64,000 nt of DNA from Takakia lepidozioides (lineage: Eukaryota; Plantae; Bryophyta): contig CM060732.1 of the NCBI GenBank assembly GCA_030704615.1, forward strand, positions 77,500,001 to 77,564,000, given 5' to 3'. Below, piece after piece: positions 30,001-41,703 of this stretch; the stretch's first letter is position 1; every line of letters starts with the position of its first letter. The notes below the pieces were generated by a model, which worked only from the letters and a program-made list of their open reading frames with translations, did no database searches and had not been told where the DNA came from. A program made the position numbers and the translations under genes.

Positions 30001-33000
30001 TCTGTCTGCTTGAGTTTAGATTTATTTCTTCCACTTTCAAGTTGGAGCTTTCCAGTTGAGTCATCTATAGAATAGTGCCGTCTCCAATCAAACTCTCCAT
30101 CGACAAAAAATGCAGAAATATCCCTCAAACCAATGCGAAAACGCATGTACAACTCCAGCTCCTCTTCAGAAGCCTCTAATGCATCATCCTCCTTCACAAC
30201 CCAACCAACAGGTCAAGACACTAGCTTGAATCAATCCTGTCACCTCTCCATCCGAACATTTCTGGCCAGTAAGTAGATGAGATTAGACAAAAGCAAAGCA
30301 CAATTCTTACCAATTCTGTCTGGAGATTTAAGTACCCCAGATCAAGCAAGAGTTTGCATTGATGCTTGCCATCAGGGTAAAACTCTGTAGGAATGGTAAC
30401 CTTGGGCGCAGCAATATCCAGATCAAGAGAAAATCTGCAGAATCAACCCACCAGAGGTGACCTATCCTTCATATTCTTAACACCAGCATTGCTCTGGACA
30501 AGAGAATTAACTGTTGGACGCTGCAACTGCTGCATTCCCTTGTGACACCACAGCTTTAAGGGGAGAGGTCGCGCCTACAGAGAGCCCTGCATAGACTGTT
30601 TAGATGGCAGTGCATGCATGGAGTCTGGAAAAGTAAAATTACACTGATTCAGTGGTTGAAGTTCACATCATGGTTGCCTGTGAAGTTTAATGATAATAGG
30701 ACCAAATTTCCATTGTAAGAACGCAACCCTCCGACAGGTTCTGAAGGACGAACAACTTAACATTCCAGCTTCTTCAATCTTGTTGAGGCCCTCTTGTTGA
30801 GCCCCTAGAGCAAATTTCTTCCATTCTCTTAGAATTCAGACCAAAACAGCAATTGCTATGCTATCACAATTTACTATAGAGTGCTGGAAGCCTACTGGAT
30901 ATACTTTTGCTGTTAGCCTGAAGACCTGTGCTTTCTGCAGGTAACAAACACCCTGGGAACACTACGTACATTGACTTGAAAATAACCACCTTAAGATGGG
31001 GATTTGTTGGCAAAACTGGGGTATTACCTAGGCTTATTCTTCAAAGCCTCGTTCAATTGCTGTTGTGCATTACGTGAAACTTCGTCCAGCGTCATCTGCA
31101 ATCATTTTTGAATGCATGAGATGCACAAAAGAGAGAATCTAAACAATAAAAACATTATGACATTAACGTCCTTCAACCAGTGGAAGTTCTGCTGTTGCTT
31201 GTCTCTAACCCTCATTTCACTATTTTATTCCTGTGTATGATCTCATGTGTTGTGAAATCAAGTGCACAGTGTACTTCACATGGCTTACAATCCAACAAGC
31301 ATTCTCTACTCCACCTAATAGCTCTGCAGCATCATCAGTAATCAAAGCTGATTATATTGCTTATTACACAAGCAAATAATGGTGGTAAATTTGGCATTTG
31401 TGCATACTGTTTTGGAGGTACACAAATTAGAAACCCACCTGCACAGCAGCTGCTGTTTCCAGCGCAATACTTCGACTGACAGCTTCTTTGCTCGAGAAGA
31501 ACTGAACCACTCTATCAATGCTTTGTTTGAACACCTGATGCATCCACAGAGGAGGTTTCACTCTACATTACCCAGTACATCTGAAAAAGAGAACATAAAC
31601 TTGAATACTCACCCATTTGAATACTCGTGGATTCACACTACTTTGTAAGGCAGACAATCAGAAGGAGAAACAGATGATAAAACCAAGTGGAGAGCATAAT
31701 GCGTTATAGATAATCATTTTTTAGCTCAAGAACTTACTGTTACATAACAAGGAGCAGCCTTGGCCACTAGACTCCAGTCGATGTTGCCCTCCATTGGACT
31801 TAAGGTAAAGGTTCCAGACACAGCTTTCTCGTGGGTTGCACTCTGCCTCACAAAAGCAACAAAGTGTTTATTGAACAAAGACAACATTATCCTACCACCA
31901 CTAAGCAAAATCACTTACACAACGCAAGCCTTACCCTGCGACAGATTTTAGATTCTACAGGTTTTCCCATAGAGTCACTAAATTGGACCATGGAAAGTAT
32001 CCAGTCTGGAGTTCCCATTTGCAACCGCTGCTCTTACAAAACACGAAGGGTGGGTCTCAGCCCTTCAGTGTGTGGGAAAGCCTGGAAGAGAGCTTGCACA
32101 TTTCAAAAATCTTGAGGTTCTGAGTGCTGTGGAAATGAGCGTGCCCACATACAATACTTATACCTTCATGAGCTGACTTGGTACAAGGCATTCATCGGAA
32201 TAACAACCTGCCCTTTTTCCTTTTATGGAACTCACGTATGATTTGTTTTTTGGAAGGACATCATACATACCTCACCAAGTAAACCTTCGGGACACGATAC
32301 TCTGTATGAGCTCAATGCGACATCAAACACTTGGGTCTGAGGATAGAGCTTTATCCCACAGCCAAGACCCTCAGCTGACAGCTCCAAGATATAGTTTCCA
32401 TTGGCAGACAGCAATTTGGTTGCATTGTGTTTCATTTGAATATCAACCACTGTGTGCAGCATATGGGGCTCATCAACTGTAGGTAGGAGTGGAGAGGGTT
32501 TCCCTTCCTCATAGCCGATAATCTGGTTCACTTGTCGCCAGTCGTCTTCAGTAAATGGGCGGTTCTCAGTTTTTCCATTGTCTGACTGACCGCCCCTACC
32601 AGAGAAAGAGATTGTTTAAGTCATTCCAACAGCATTCACCCAATCCTTCTCAAGTATGCGAGATGAGAGAGCACAAATAACAGTGGTCCCACTTAGTCCT
32701 TATTCCTTTCACCTCCCTTTCGTGTCTCATCCTTGCGAAAATCGCTGATTTGTTCCTTATTCCTTCATGTTGTGAAACTTAGAGCATGAACCCACATTAG
32801 GAGGGACAAGCATTTAAGCAACATCGGCAAATGTCAAGCAAGCATAAGGGTAGGTTGTTCAAAGATCTACTAACCAGCTAAACGGCCACCAACTTCGATT
32901 GGATCTCTGCCTTCTTGCATCTTGTGCCCTCGCCTGCTCCACATATGTATGGGCTAACATTCTTCCAGCAAACAATGTAAACGTGTTTCACATAACTGTG

Positions 33001-36000
33001 ATACAGGATGGATCATTGTTTGCCCTTCACATGCCAGTTTGTTCTACTTTGGGGAGAAAAAACAGCTAAGACTTGTGTAAAATAAGAGTGTTTGTGTCTG
33101 TTACTCACAAACCTTACGCAACAACAAATATAGACAAAACAAGAGTCCAACGCCGCTAGATTACCTCCATTGAATGATAACCTCGGCATCTAGCTGTCGG
33201 TCAAAGCCCCTAATCTCTTCATCATCAGCGACAGTAATTCGGTTTGGGTTGGCTTGGAGGGCTGCCACATACTTCTCGACATACTGCCTCCGGATCCGTG
33301 AGAACTTCAGGATGTCTCTCCATGAAATAAATCCACTACAGAACATGCCAATACAACACTTCAGAGTCTTCACAGCTGTGTTGCTGGCTGTCCTGCAGCC
33401 TCCACTGTAATTTTCTCCTTTACACTAAGTTTTGGAAGTTCTGACTTTTGGCCCTTCTTAGGCCTTTGGGTCTCTTTCAAACGTACTTAAGTCTTCTTAT
33501 TATTGATCATCTCTGCACATGTAAACTTCCTTCTTCTGTAAATTATAATGTGTCCCCAAGGCAATCTAGGCTTCTTGGGTATGTAGTAAATACCTTTCTG
33601 CTTCTTATTCGCAAAAACTCTTTATTCTTCACTGTCATCCAGACTTAAACTGTAGGGAATCATACCGAGCTCTTTTTTGCTGATCCACATTGGCTTTGTA
33701 TGCATACTGCCACCATGCCTTCTTGTCCTTCTTGATTGCAACATTGGGTCGATACCGAGCATATTGGACACGCTTACTGAAGGTTGAAATGTTTTCCGCC
33801 AATTTCAACACGTCTCGATATTGTTTCTGCCAAAGACCAAAGGACCAAAGCAGATTTTAGGCACCCTCCTCTCTTCAAGCTCTCCAAGCTTCCTGTGGAC
33901 TCCCGGTCCTCCGTCATAACAGAAGCTTGTGGTCCAATTACCTCTATACAGCTCTACCTCCCTCTCTTCTAAGGGCATTGGGGAGTTTTAGGGTGTCTGC
34001 AGATAGAGACTGGTAGGTGGGACAACCTGCAACCTCAAGACCGCCTGTGCCCTGCTTGCGCTGGAAGCAACAGGGGAATCGAAAGTGAAGAACATTTCTT
34101 CTCTCACTGTCCTCTCTACTGTATCTGTCAACTCTATTGTCTATTCCGAGATGCCCACTTTCTCAGAGGTCTTCCAATTCAAGGATCAGAAATGCTTAGC
34201 AGCATATCTGCATGAGGTGTTGACTCTTTGAGAATCCCTTGAACAGTAGTTGATTTGGGTGCTGCTTGTGGAGGACCCCTCTTTCTTTCTGTTTTCATGC
34301 TTTCTCTTGTCCCATAAGCTCTTTGAGCTTTCCATGGACATTTAAAATATCGTTTCTTTTCTTTCTGAAGTTCCTCATTTCCTCATTTCATTTCATCTCC
34401 TTCTCACCCCCCCCCGCGTGTGTGAATGTTGGCATATGGACAAAGCAAACCACAAGTTGAAAGTCGAGGTACAAACACACTCCAGTATCCTCTTGAAGAT
34501 GCACAGAGCGAAAAATGTACTCAGAAGACGACGCTTGCCGTAGCCTCGTGGCCATAAATTCGTGCCAGTCAGAGCAAAGAGACAAGGGGTTACCTCAGAC
34601 AGACTAAGGGTAACATCATCAAGAATGACTGCTCCTTTCTGGGCAGGTTTTTCCGGAGTTCGTGGGTCCTGGTGTCCTAGCTTGAAATATTGAGCAGTGC
34701 CCCCCACAGGCTCCAGGACATACTGATGAGATTGTATCCAATGAGGCTTCTCACCCGTGACAACAGACGTATCCTCCTTTACTCCCGGCTGAAAAACCTG
34801 CAGTAAAACCCAATAACTTTAGCTGAAATACATCATCATGGAAAGGTTGAGGATTATCTCTGAGGGCATATGGATCAGTACTGCAGATATCGAGACACGC
34901 AAGCTTTCTATGATCTGGACCAGTCCACAGTTGGACTCTAGCTAAAAATGACGAGCACGCCACAAAGATGGCAAAGTACCACTTGTTGGAAAACCACTGG
35001 CGTGTGGTCGGGCTAGGGATTGAACCTAGGACCTCCCCCATTCCGGTGGGGTGCTCTACCACTGAGCTACCCGTCCCATTCTGTTCTCAAAGTGCCGTGC
35101 AAGGGCTATAACCTTGACACTCCAACACTCCCCCTCAAGGCATAGCCCTTATAGCTAATGCCCACCCATTCTGACCACCGCCCCAACCTTGGCTCTGATA
35201 CCATGTTGGAAAACCACTGGCGTGTGGTCGGGCTAGGGATTGAACCTAGGACCTCCCCCATTCCGATGGGGTGCTCTACCACTGAGCTACCCGTCCCATT
35301 CTGTTCTCAAAGTGCCGTGCAAGGGCTATAACCTTGACACTCCAACACTTCTTCTAGCATTTTGGATGTGCTATCCTAGTAGATTGCAGAGAGAGGAGGA
35401 GGAGAAGTCCAGCATCTACTTTTGTAAGTTCTTTTCTTTTGCAGTAAGGAGCATTCTTGTTAGGACTGACACTTCTTGTTAGTACTAACTCTTTGGTTGG
35501 TTTAGGCTGTCAGTTTTTGTACTGCTGCTTGTGCTAGAAGCTATCTGTCAATATCACTAGGAGGTAGAGGACAGGTCTAGTTTCCAACACCACTTGCATT
35601 GACTTGTTAGAGATGGTGCAAAATATTTTACACAACATCAAAATGACAGTTGACAGCCGACTTCAAGTTAACATCATGGCTTGAAGCTAATCAAAGTCCG
35701 GTTATTAAGAGTGGCCGTGAGGTGGAATGTATCCACCATCTGGTTACAAGGGTGATATATCTAAAGTTTGCTTCAGAATGCATTGTGGACACAGGTGCAT
35801 GCTTTTCAGACAAAAATAAGATCAACGAAACTGTACAGATATCCTCTGAACATTATTGATAGTTCAGTGCAATGTTACCTTGCTCCATTCGGAAGGTAAA
35901 AGCTCCTTCCAAGCTTTCTCCATTGGCCAAGGCTTGCTATCAGGGTCAAAGTAAAAAGAGAGCCGATTTAGCTCTCCTGACTGTAAACACCAGTAACCCA

Positions 36001-39000
36001 CAATTATCAAGCAAACTCAAATTCCGGTAGAACGAGTCAGTGATTCCTGAAAGAGTGAATTGAGATTGAGAGTGGACCAACCCCAGGCTCCCCAAAGTGA
36101 GAAATGTCTGCCCTTCACAGGAGTCTTACCACTTCCACACATAACATAACAATTCCCTATAACATTTGTCTTGAACCTATGCCCTCTTTTGCAACAAGGG
36201 CTCTTTGACACCATAGCTAAATTCTACTCTATTTTGTCCTCAGCTGCGGAAGATACAACTTTTCAACAGTGGTGAGACTGCAATATCCAAGCAGAACAAT
36301 ACTGAGAATCAAGTTTTGTAAACAACTCAGAACAAGTTCTGTGTCCCAAAAGAATCAGAATCACTTGCCTTTTGAATGCGCTCAAGAGATCCACCTGTGA
36401 CGAATGTCTCTTTTCCATTTTCATCCACAGTGACTGCTGCAAGCTTTGCCAGAGTCATCCCAGCAGCAAAAGGATGCCCAGAGTTGCTGAACAATAATCA
36501 ATAAATACAACTCTGGTTATTAGAGTCTCTGATAAATCCAACTTACTTTCAACAAGAAACGTTCTGGTCTAGCCCATGTACTGTGACATTAGAAAAGATA
36601 TCACATCCCTACATGAAATTATCCTTGTCAAAGTCCTTCAGGTATGAAGATGACAGATCTTTAGTATGAGACACTACACTTTCATGCATCATTAGGCAGA
36701 AACTCACCAAATCTGACAGTACTCAAGCTCCTTCCATGTTTACATTTTAGTTTAAGAAATTTTTGTGGAGCACTTCTGTAGGTCACATACTCATTGGGTT
36801 AACAGGGTGCGCAGAAAACTTTCATCCCATAATAAACTCCCATTCCATTATAAAGTACCAGGACACCATAAAGTACCATTTCATTTTATTCTCTTTCTTC
36901 CTATCTTTTGCTTTACTGCAACCTCGGTTGGGTGCAAGCTGGAAAATGCAACAGCATAAGCATATATTCACCTGACCAAGAGCACTGAAGACTTGGCTGT
37001 CATACCTTTCAGTGTCCTCATAACGTATGTGAACATTGGTGATGGAGAGCTTCAAGTTGCCAATAACAGTGCTAATGAGAGAGCCCAGCCATGATGAATC
37101 GGTCTAGAAACACGAGCAATTTCTGTAAGGTCCTAACACAACCTTGATGGTCACATTCTAGAAATGTCCAAACCTCAGAGAACTTGTCTTGTCCAACTTC
37201 TAGTAACAATTGGAGGAACCTGTACAAAGCCTCTCCCTCTCACCGCCCATTCCCCCATCATCTCTCGATTCTAAATTTTCTTATTTCCCTTTCTCCTCCC
37301 AGTGCCAATCTTTCCACTCCTTTCCACATCCCTCCTTCCCACTGAATACAACAACAAGGTACTGACAGAGAGAAAGCAGAAGATGATACCACTTCTTGCT
37401 TCTTACTATCCTCCTTGTTTGCAGACACTAGCTTTTCCTCCTCCTCCTGCCAAATCAGTGAAGGTCAGATGTCACCAGCAGAGCCATTATCAAAGAGATA
37501 GGAGGCTCCCTTCCAATACAGCTAGGGATAAAGCATACGCAGTACATGTCATAAAAAAAAGCTCCCATAGTAGAATATGTAGTGCTTAAGGTTTGAATCG
37601 TTGCAACTTACCCTTACGCGCTGGTTTTTGGCATCTTGAACAGAACCACTACCTTTGACATCGGTTGCCGGCTCTGCCAGCACATAGATGCGGTCAAGTT
37701 GCACAACGACAGGCTCTTGCCCAAGGTGGCTCCATGGAACCTAGGGCATTGCAGACATTGCACAACATCAGTTGAGATACTTTGGATGAAGGTCAGGGTG
37801 ATTTTGGATCCATGGTGGTACCAAACCATGAGAACTGCAAGAAGTAGGAGAGCAAGCGAAGGAAAAATGGACAAGTTGACAAGCAATAACGATGTGACAT
37901 TCAGTATGAGCCCACCCTCTTCTGAACCTTCCACACACTGCACCACTAGGGTAACAAACCACAACACCTTTAGTTTGACGGAGCCCAGAAAACCAGCCTT
38001 CACTTTGATTGGCAACTTGAGGGCATTGAGAGCCTCCGGTTTCAGCTGCATGTTCGTGAGCTCCACATTTCCTGCACAATTCGTAGAAGAGCATCCACAC
38101 ATCATTCTCTCCTGAATCTACCCGGTCTGGATGATTCAAGCCAGGGAATTACGAAAAAGTGCTATTTCCTACAAATGGGTACACAGATTTTACATCTCTT
38201 CCCTCACCAAACTAGTAGTCTCCGTGGTATTGAGGCATGTCCAACTGGGTAGCTCTGACTACTGCACAGAAGGCCTTGTCACTGGTCAAACGTGCAAGGG
38301 TTTTGGGTTTAGAGCTGTGTGGTCAAGCCCAGTTAGAAGCAGATCATGGTAATTGTCAGGTCTCATAATCAGTACTTGTCCAATGACATTGTGACTACTA
38401 GAGAGAACCTGAGATTATGACGCTCTGGTGACACTAGCAGTAATGAAACAATGAGAGTCTTAGCAGCGCCCACATGGAAGAGCAGGCACTCTTTCCTCAC
38501 ACACACATTCAATCCACACTTTAAGAAGAACTAGCTTGGGGCAAAAAGACCAGAGCTACATCTTCTCCAGAGAGCAGCTAATGACTACTGTCCTATACCT
38601 GCTTAATTGCTAGAATGTGTACCAAAAACGCCCACTTTTAAGTCTACTAACAGTATGCATTGCAAACAACCACCTTCGTTTCCCATATCTGTTGAGGGAT
38701 TGATTTACATTTCGTCCAGTGATCAAGTTATGGTGACAACGAGCATGGTTAACGACCCACAAGCGATGAAAGTACCGCAACTCCCGTCTGCTGATAAGCG
38801 ACAGAATTTGTCTTGAACCAAGAGTGTGTCAGCAGACTGGGTTAAGCAGCACTAATGATGACGAATGTGAGGTCCCCAAAGAAAGGAGGTTATTGGTCTT
38901 TGCAGTCGAGGCACTCGAAAGCTAACCCACGTTTTTTCAGATGGATTGATGTGTTGGTCACATACTCTTGCCCAACCAGGCCAACTGCTTATTTAACAGA

Positions 39001-39706
39001 GTGCAACCCTGATAAGGCATGAATGTGTTGAAATGCTGAAAAACCAGGTAGACATTCACACCCTGGAGGTATCATACATTTTGATGCAGTAACAGCCAAT
39101 GCGCATTGGCCTTAACACATCCCGAGGAATCTGATCTATGCATGGATCATATAATTCACAATGCAATGCATGAATTTAATCACGATTTCTTTCCATGATT
39201 TCAGGCGTCGGCTACCACTCTCCTGTCTCTTTGTTGTTTCCTCAGCCATTTGGAGCTTCGCGCTCTAGTAATAAGGCTCCAAGAGAAAAAAAACTACTCA
39301 TAATACTTTCGTAGGGCAAGAACTCGTCGGTTTGAAGATCCGTGCTGTCAGCTGAATCCAGAACAGCAACTACCACTGCAATGTGAATCGAATCCCTCTG
39401 GAGATTGCACCATCCAGGCCATTTTGAATTTCCAAACACCCCCATCTCAAACAAACTCTAACAGGCCAGAAAATTAATGGGCCCATGAATGCGATCATTG
39501 TCCCTCAAAGCGGGTCGTTATCTTCTGCAGTCATGGATCTCGCAGGGAATGCAGCAGCAGCTGATTGAGCTCAAACCCGTCCAGAATTTTTGCAAGGGGT
39601 GATGCCTACCTTGCCAAACACTGACTTTGAGAGCTTCCTTGGACAGCCCTTCGATGTAATTCCCAAGGTACTTCTGCAAGTAGAATGCCAATTGCTCTTC
39701 CAACAT
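1..39706 (-). CDS. VPS13: VPS13 lipid-transfer protein, plant VPS13M type (Chorein-N, PH, Vps62-like repeats, C2, dysferlin/Pex-like, VAB/SHR-BD); dozens of exons; 3' end lies beyond the left edge
   Basis: Exon 1 (39610-39706) MLEEQLAFYLQKYLGNYIEGLSKEALKVSVWQ joins GNVELTNMQLKPEALNALKLPIKVKAGFLGSVKLK|VPWSHLGQEP, the Chorein-N start. Later exons give PH (VWKPRYGALAGPFLYLLES), Vps62-like repeats (SFWQPVAPPGYVSIGC, VWLPVPPPGYVALGC), PPGWEWRTDWHVDK..GWAYAFDF, YRIENRT..IKFRQ and QLDNQLP..MPVLL. The exons I checked splice in frame at GT/GC-AG sites. Confidence 0.95.
2592..2963 (+). mobile_element. 5'-truncated LINE (family A) 3' end in a VPS13 intron
   Basis: Encodes the ORF2 C-terminus (EDSIHFLRHCP zinc-knuckle region to ANNVL*) and ends ATGAGTACAA. 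Perfect 19-bp TSD tctatgacattatttgcaa at 2573-2591 and 2964-2982. Confidence 0.9.
5434..5530 (-). mobile_element. LINE family B 3' tail fragment
   Basis: Reverse complement of cccataagctc..agctttccgcggac..ataaag..catttc tail motif. Confidence 0.7.
5543..6499 (-). mobile_element. 5'-truncated LINE family A (~950 bp), post-RT ORF2 region
   Basis: LCRVIRPALEYGSAIW..LESIQ..AVQGEFGIPSLSSRRD and EDSIHFLIHCP. The 3' ~370 bp are near-identical to 2592-2963. Candidate 8-bp TSD agaagaga at 5535-5542 and 6500-6507. Confidence 0.88.
6505..6765 (-). mobile_element. LINE family B 3' end with (CATTT)n tail
   Basis: Near-identical inverted copy of 9968-10210; AAGCTC-nnn-GAGCTT hairpin then (CATTT)n. Confidence 0.85.
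8810..9136 (+). mobile_element. Degenerate LINE family B 3' end
   Basis: QFYQETLVLRDERMLQPKY matches FYRETFLVLRDDRILQ of the other copies; ends cccataagctctttgagctttctgtggacg..accatttcattt. Confidence 0.75.
9740..10275 (+). mobile_element. Three stacked LINE family B 3' ends (about 9740-9946, 9968-10210, 10211-10275)
   Basis: Three successive cccataa..gagctttccg..gac..tta..catttc tails. Confidence 0.8.
14469..14512. repeat. 22-bp tandem duplication in an intron
   Basis: tcccagaacacgtaagtagtta / tcccagaagacgtaagtagtta. Confidence 0.8.
16905..17100. repeat. Degenerate ~105-bp tandem duplication in an intron
   Basis: gcaagccagcatat(g/c)ctctcaact..ttccttcaca..ttcctaa..tcaaa..taccctc occurs twice. 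Confidence 0.65.
17262..17350 (-). mobile_element. LINE family B tail fragment
   Basis: gaaatgaaatgaaatggtgctttataacgtcc..aaagctcatagagcttatgggacaaaatggaagaaaacatgagagagg, same as 6505-6590. Confidence 0.8.
18264..18440 (-). mobile_element. Two LINE family B tail fragments
   Basis: Two gaaatgaaatg..aaagctc/ataacgtccgc motifs. Confidence 0.7.
20465..20651 (+). mobile_element. Short 5'-truncated LINE family A copy
   Basis: Homologous to 2776-2962 and ends ATGAGTACA. Perfect 16-bp TSD ttctctagaaaacggg at 20449-20464 and 20652-20667. Confidence 0.9.
21430..22070 (-). mobile_element. LINE family B ORF2 C-terminal fragment
   Basis: KLHFYRETFLVLRDDRILQPNYLS..RALGRFRVGSHNLRIETGRW, a typical post-RT LINE motif; frameshifted. 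Confidence 0.8.
23400..23972 (+). mobile_element. LINE family B 3' end with duplicated tail
   Basis: LQFYRETFLVLRDDRILQ..EEHFFFHCP followed by a 3' UTR and two tandem hairpin + (CATTT)n tails. This links the ORF to the tail motif. Confidence 0.85.
27715..28060 (+). mobile_element. LINE family B tail cluster
   Basis: cccataagctctttgagctttccgcggacgttataaagtaccatttcattt plus degenerate copies. Confidence 0.75.
33860..34395 (+). mobile_element. Degenerate LINE family B 3' end
   Basis: atagagactggtaggtggg (IETGRW), gaagaacatttc..cactgtcct (EEHF..HCP), then the tail motif. Confidence 0.75.
34516..34572 (-). mobile_element. Very short LINE family A 3' end
   Basis: tgtactcagaagacg..ttgccgtagcctcgtggccat is a degenerate reverse complement of the family A terminus. 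Confidence 0.6.
34984..35347 (-). mobile_element. TRIM (miniature LTR retrotransposon) with a tRNA-like cassette in both LTRs
   Basis: 144-bp LTRs at 34984-35127 and 35204-35347 (one mismatch, TG..CA ends) and a 76-bp internal part. On the minus strand: PBS TGGTATCAGAGCC (35191-35203, tRNA-iMet) and PPT GAGGGGGAG (35128-35136). Confidence 0.93.
35005..35076 (-). tRNA. tRNA-like sequence inside the LTR (second copy 35225-35296); not a functional tRNA
   Basis: GGACGGG TA GCTC AGTGGTA GAGC A CCCCA CCGGAAT GGGGG AGGTC CTAGG TTCAATC CCTAG CCCGACC A. Box A and box B intact, D and T arms paired, anticodon arm imperfect. Confidence 0.8.
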
Positions 39707-41703
39707 CTTGCCCGATTTGCAAGCTCCCACACCCGATCTCCTCCTTCACTGCTAACAATCTCATCCCATGTAGACAAAGAAGAATCGCTACTTCATACAG
39801 ACACTTGATTCAATCTTATAGATGAATTCACAGCCCTGCCACAAAACGCACAGAGATTGAGCACACCTGCTCAAATCCTTCGTACCTTCAGTGAATGGCG
39901 AGTTCGGCTCTTTTTCTCTTCTGACAATAGTCAGCCAGCCGTGAAGCAGCCGCTCAGTTGCAACTGCGGTGCGTAACGTATCTCACCGCGCGGTCTACCG
40001 CCGGCCTCCATGCAGACTATTCGCGGGTAGACCTAATTGGGTGGCAGCCGTTTACATTTGGGCACGCGTCCCTCTGGTAAACACGCGTCCAATGACGTGT
40101 CCCGAGCCCGACCTTCCAGGACGCTAGTACACTTGTCTTTGGACTTCTCCGCAGAAGAAGCTGCATAGTACCCAGATTTCGTCGATACACGGATGAATAC
40201 ATCCTTCATCCATCCATGGACTGGCGATCCCATGGATAAAGCAATACATGTTGTTTATGATGCCAATATGCTGGGAAATAGATGCGGCCATGCAAGTGCT
40301 TCCACGTGTACGTAGTGATTTTGTTATCGGAGGTGGATTCGCGCCACGTGTGCCTGGGTGCAGGAGTGAGACGTGGTGAAGATGGTGAAGATGGATCGCA
40401 GAAAATAGAAAGAGAAGATCAAACGTTGACGAGATCGAGAATACAAAGAAAGCTGCTCAAGAGAAGTGATCTGTTGTGCACCACGATTAATTTGGTTGGA
40501 TTGAGAGACTACCGTAGTGAGAAGGAGGAGGAGAGCGAGGGTTGCAGGTGACACCTACTTCGAACGGGCATAACTGGGGCAAACCGGTTTGCCCAAACCT
40601 ACTCCAGGACTATAAGGATTTCCTCAGGTATCCACAGGTTCACTCAGACAGGACGCAGAGCCACTTTTTATAGCTGGGTTTGCTTGATAGGTGACATCCA
40701 ACGTACACCTGTGTGAGATGAACAGCCCAGCTGCATGCCTACCGATACCTGGCAACGATTTCCTGTGGGTATGGATTCATTTCATCTGGTTCTCAAAGAC
40801 AAAATATGCATCTCGTATACATATTTGAGGCGACGGTGTGTTGTGATTGATTATCCACAGGCCGATCAGCTCCTACTTACTCGACTAACTACTGACATTG
40901 CAGTTTGGCAGCAGGTTCGATGATATCCTACAGTGGGCAGGTCTTTATCATCACCTCTGCCGGTTCATATTGATTGTCAAACTTAATGCCTAACTAATGT
41001 AGCTGTGATTCACGGAGGTGTTACAGCAGGGAGAATTGCAGATTGTGGAGGATTAAGTTTTTGAGAGATAGAGGCTTTCAAAGCCGGCTGCTCACTTGTG
41101 GCCGACTCCTGAGATTGTGCAATTTTTGGGAATTTTTAAGGTGGAAATTGTGAACTCTTGGGTGATGAATATTCTGGATTGATCACAAGACTACATTGCT
41201 GCTCTCAAGAAAGAAATGTAGAACATCTTCAGGAAGTGATTCTCCTTCATTTCAGAGCCTCTGAATTGTACACCAAAGTGTTTTCCCGCTACGCTGTGTT
41301 ATTATTGATGTTGAGAAAAACAATTGTACGATAGATCATATGTATCACTGTACAATCGGAGTATGTACAGTTCTTGCACTGGTCATACAGATTTCAACCT
41401 TCATCACCAAAACTGATGATCAGGATTCTCTGGACTCTGGACGTTACTTCTCATACTTAACTATCAGCTGCTTGAAGACGGCAAAATTGGGAAATCGCTT
41501 TTCAACTCTTCAACTCCTTAAATCCAAGATTTGATTTTACACCTTAGGAGTGCTGGACTCATATTCGTGTGCACAAGAAAATGCTAACTATTCGATGTGT
41601 TCAAACTAAAATCTGATCTTATAAGACCGGGCGCCATCTTCTTCCCTAAACTATATAATCTGCAAACATTGTCTTGCATTGTCGAACAACATGTCGACAC
41701 CTC

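Noticed and set aside
35005-35296. Two genuine tandem tRNA genes
   Set aside because: The anticodon arm is defective and both copies are embedded in the LTRs of a PBS/PPT-containing element.
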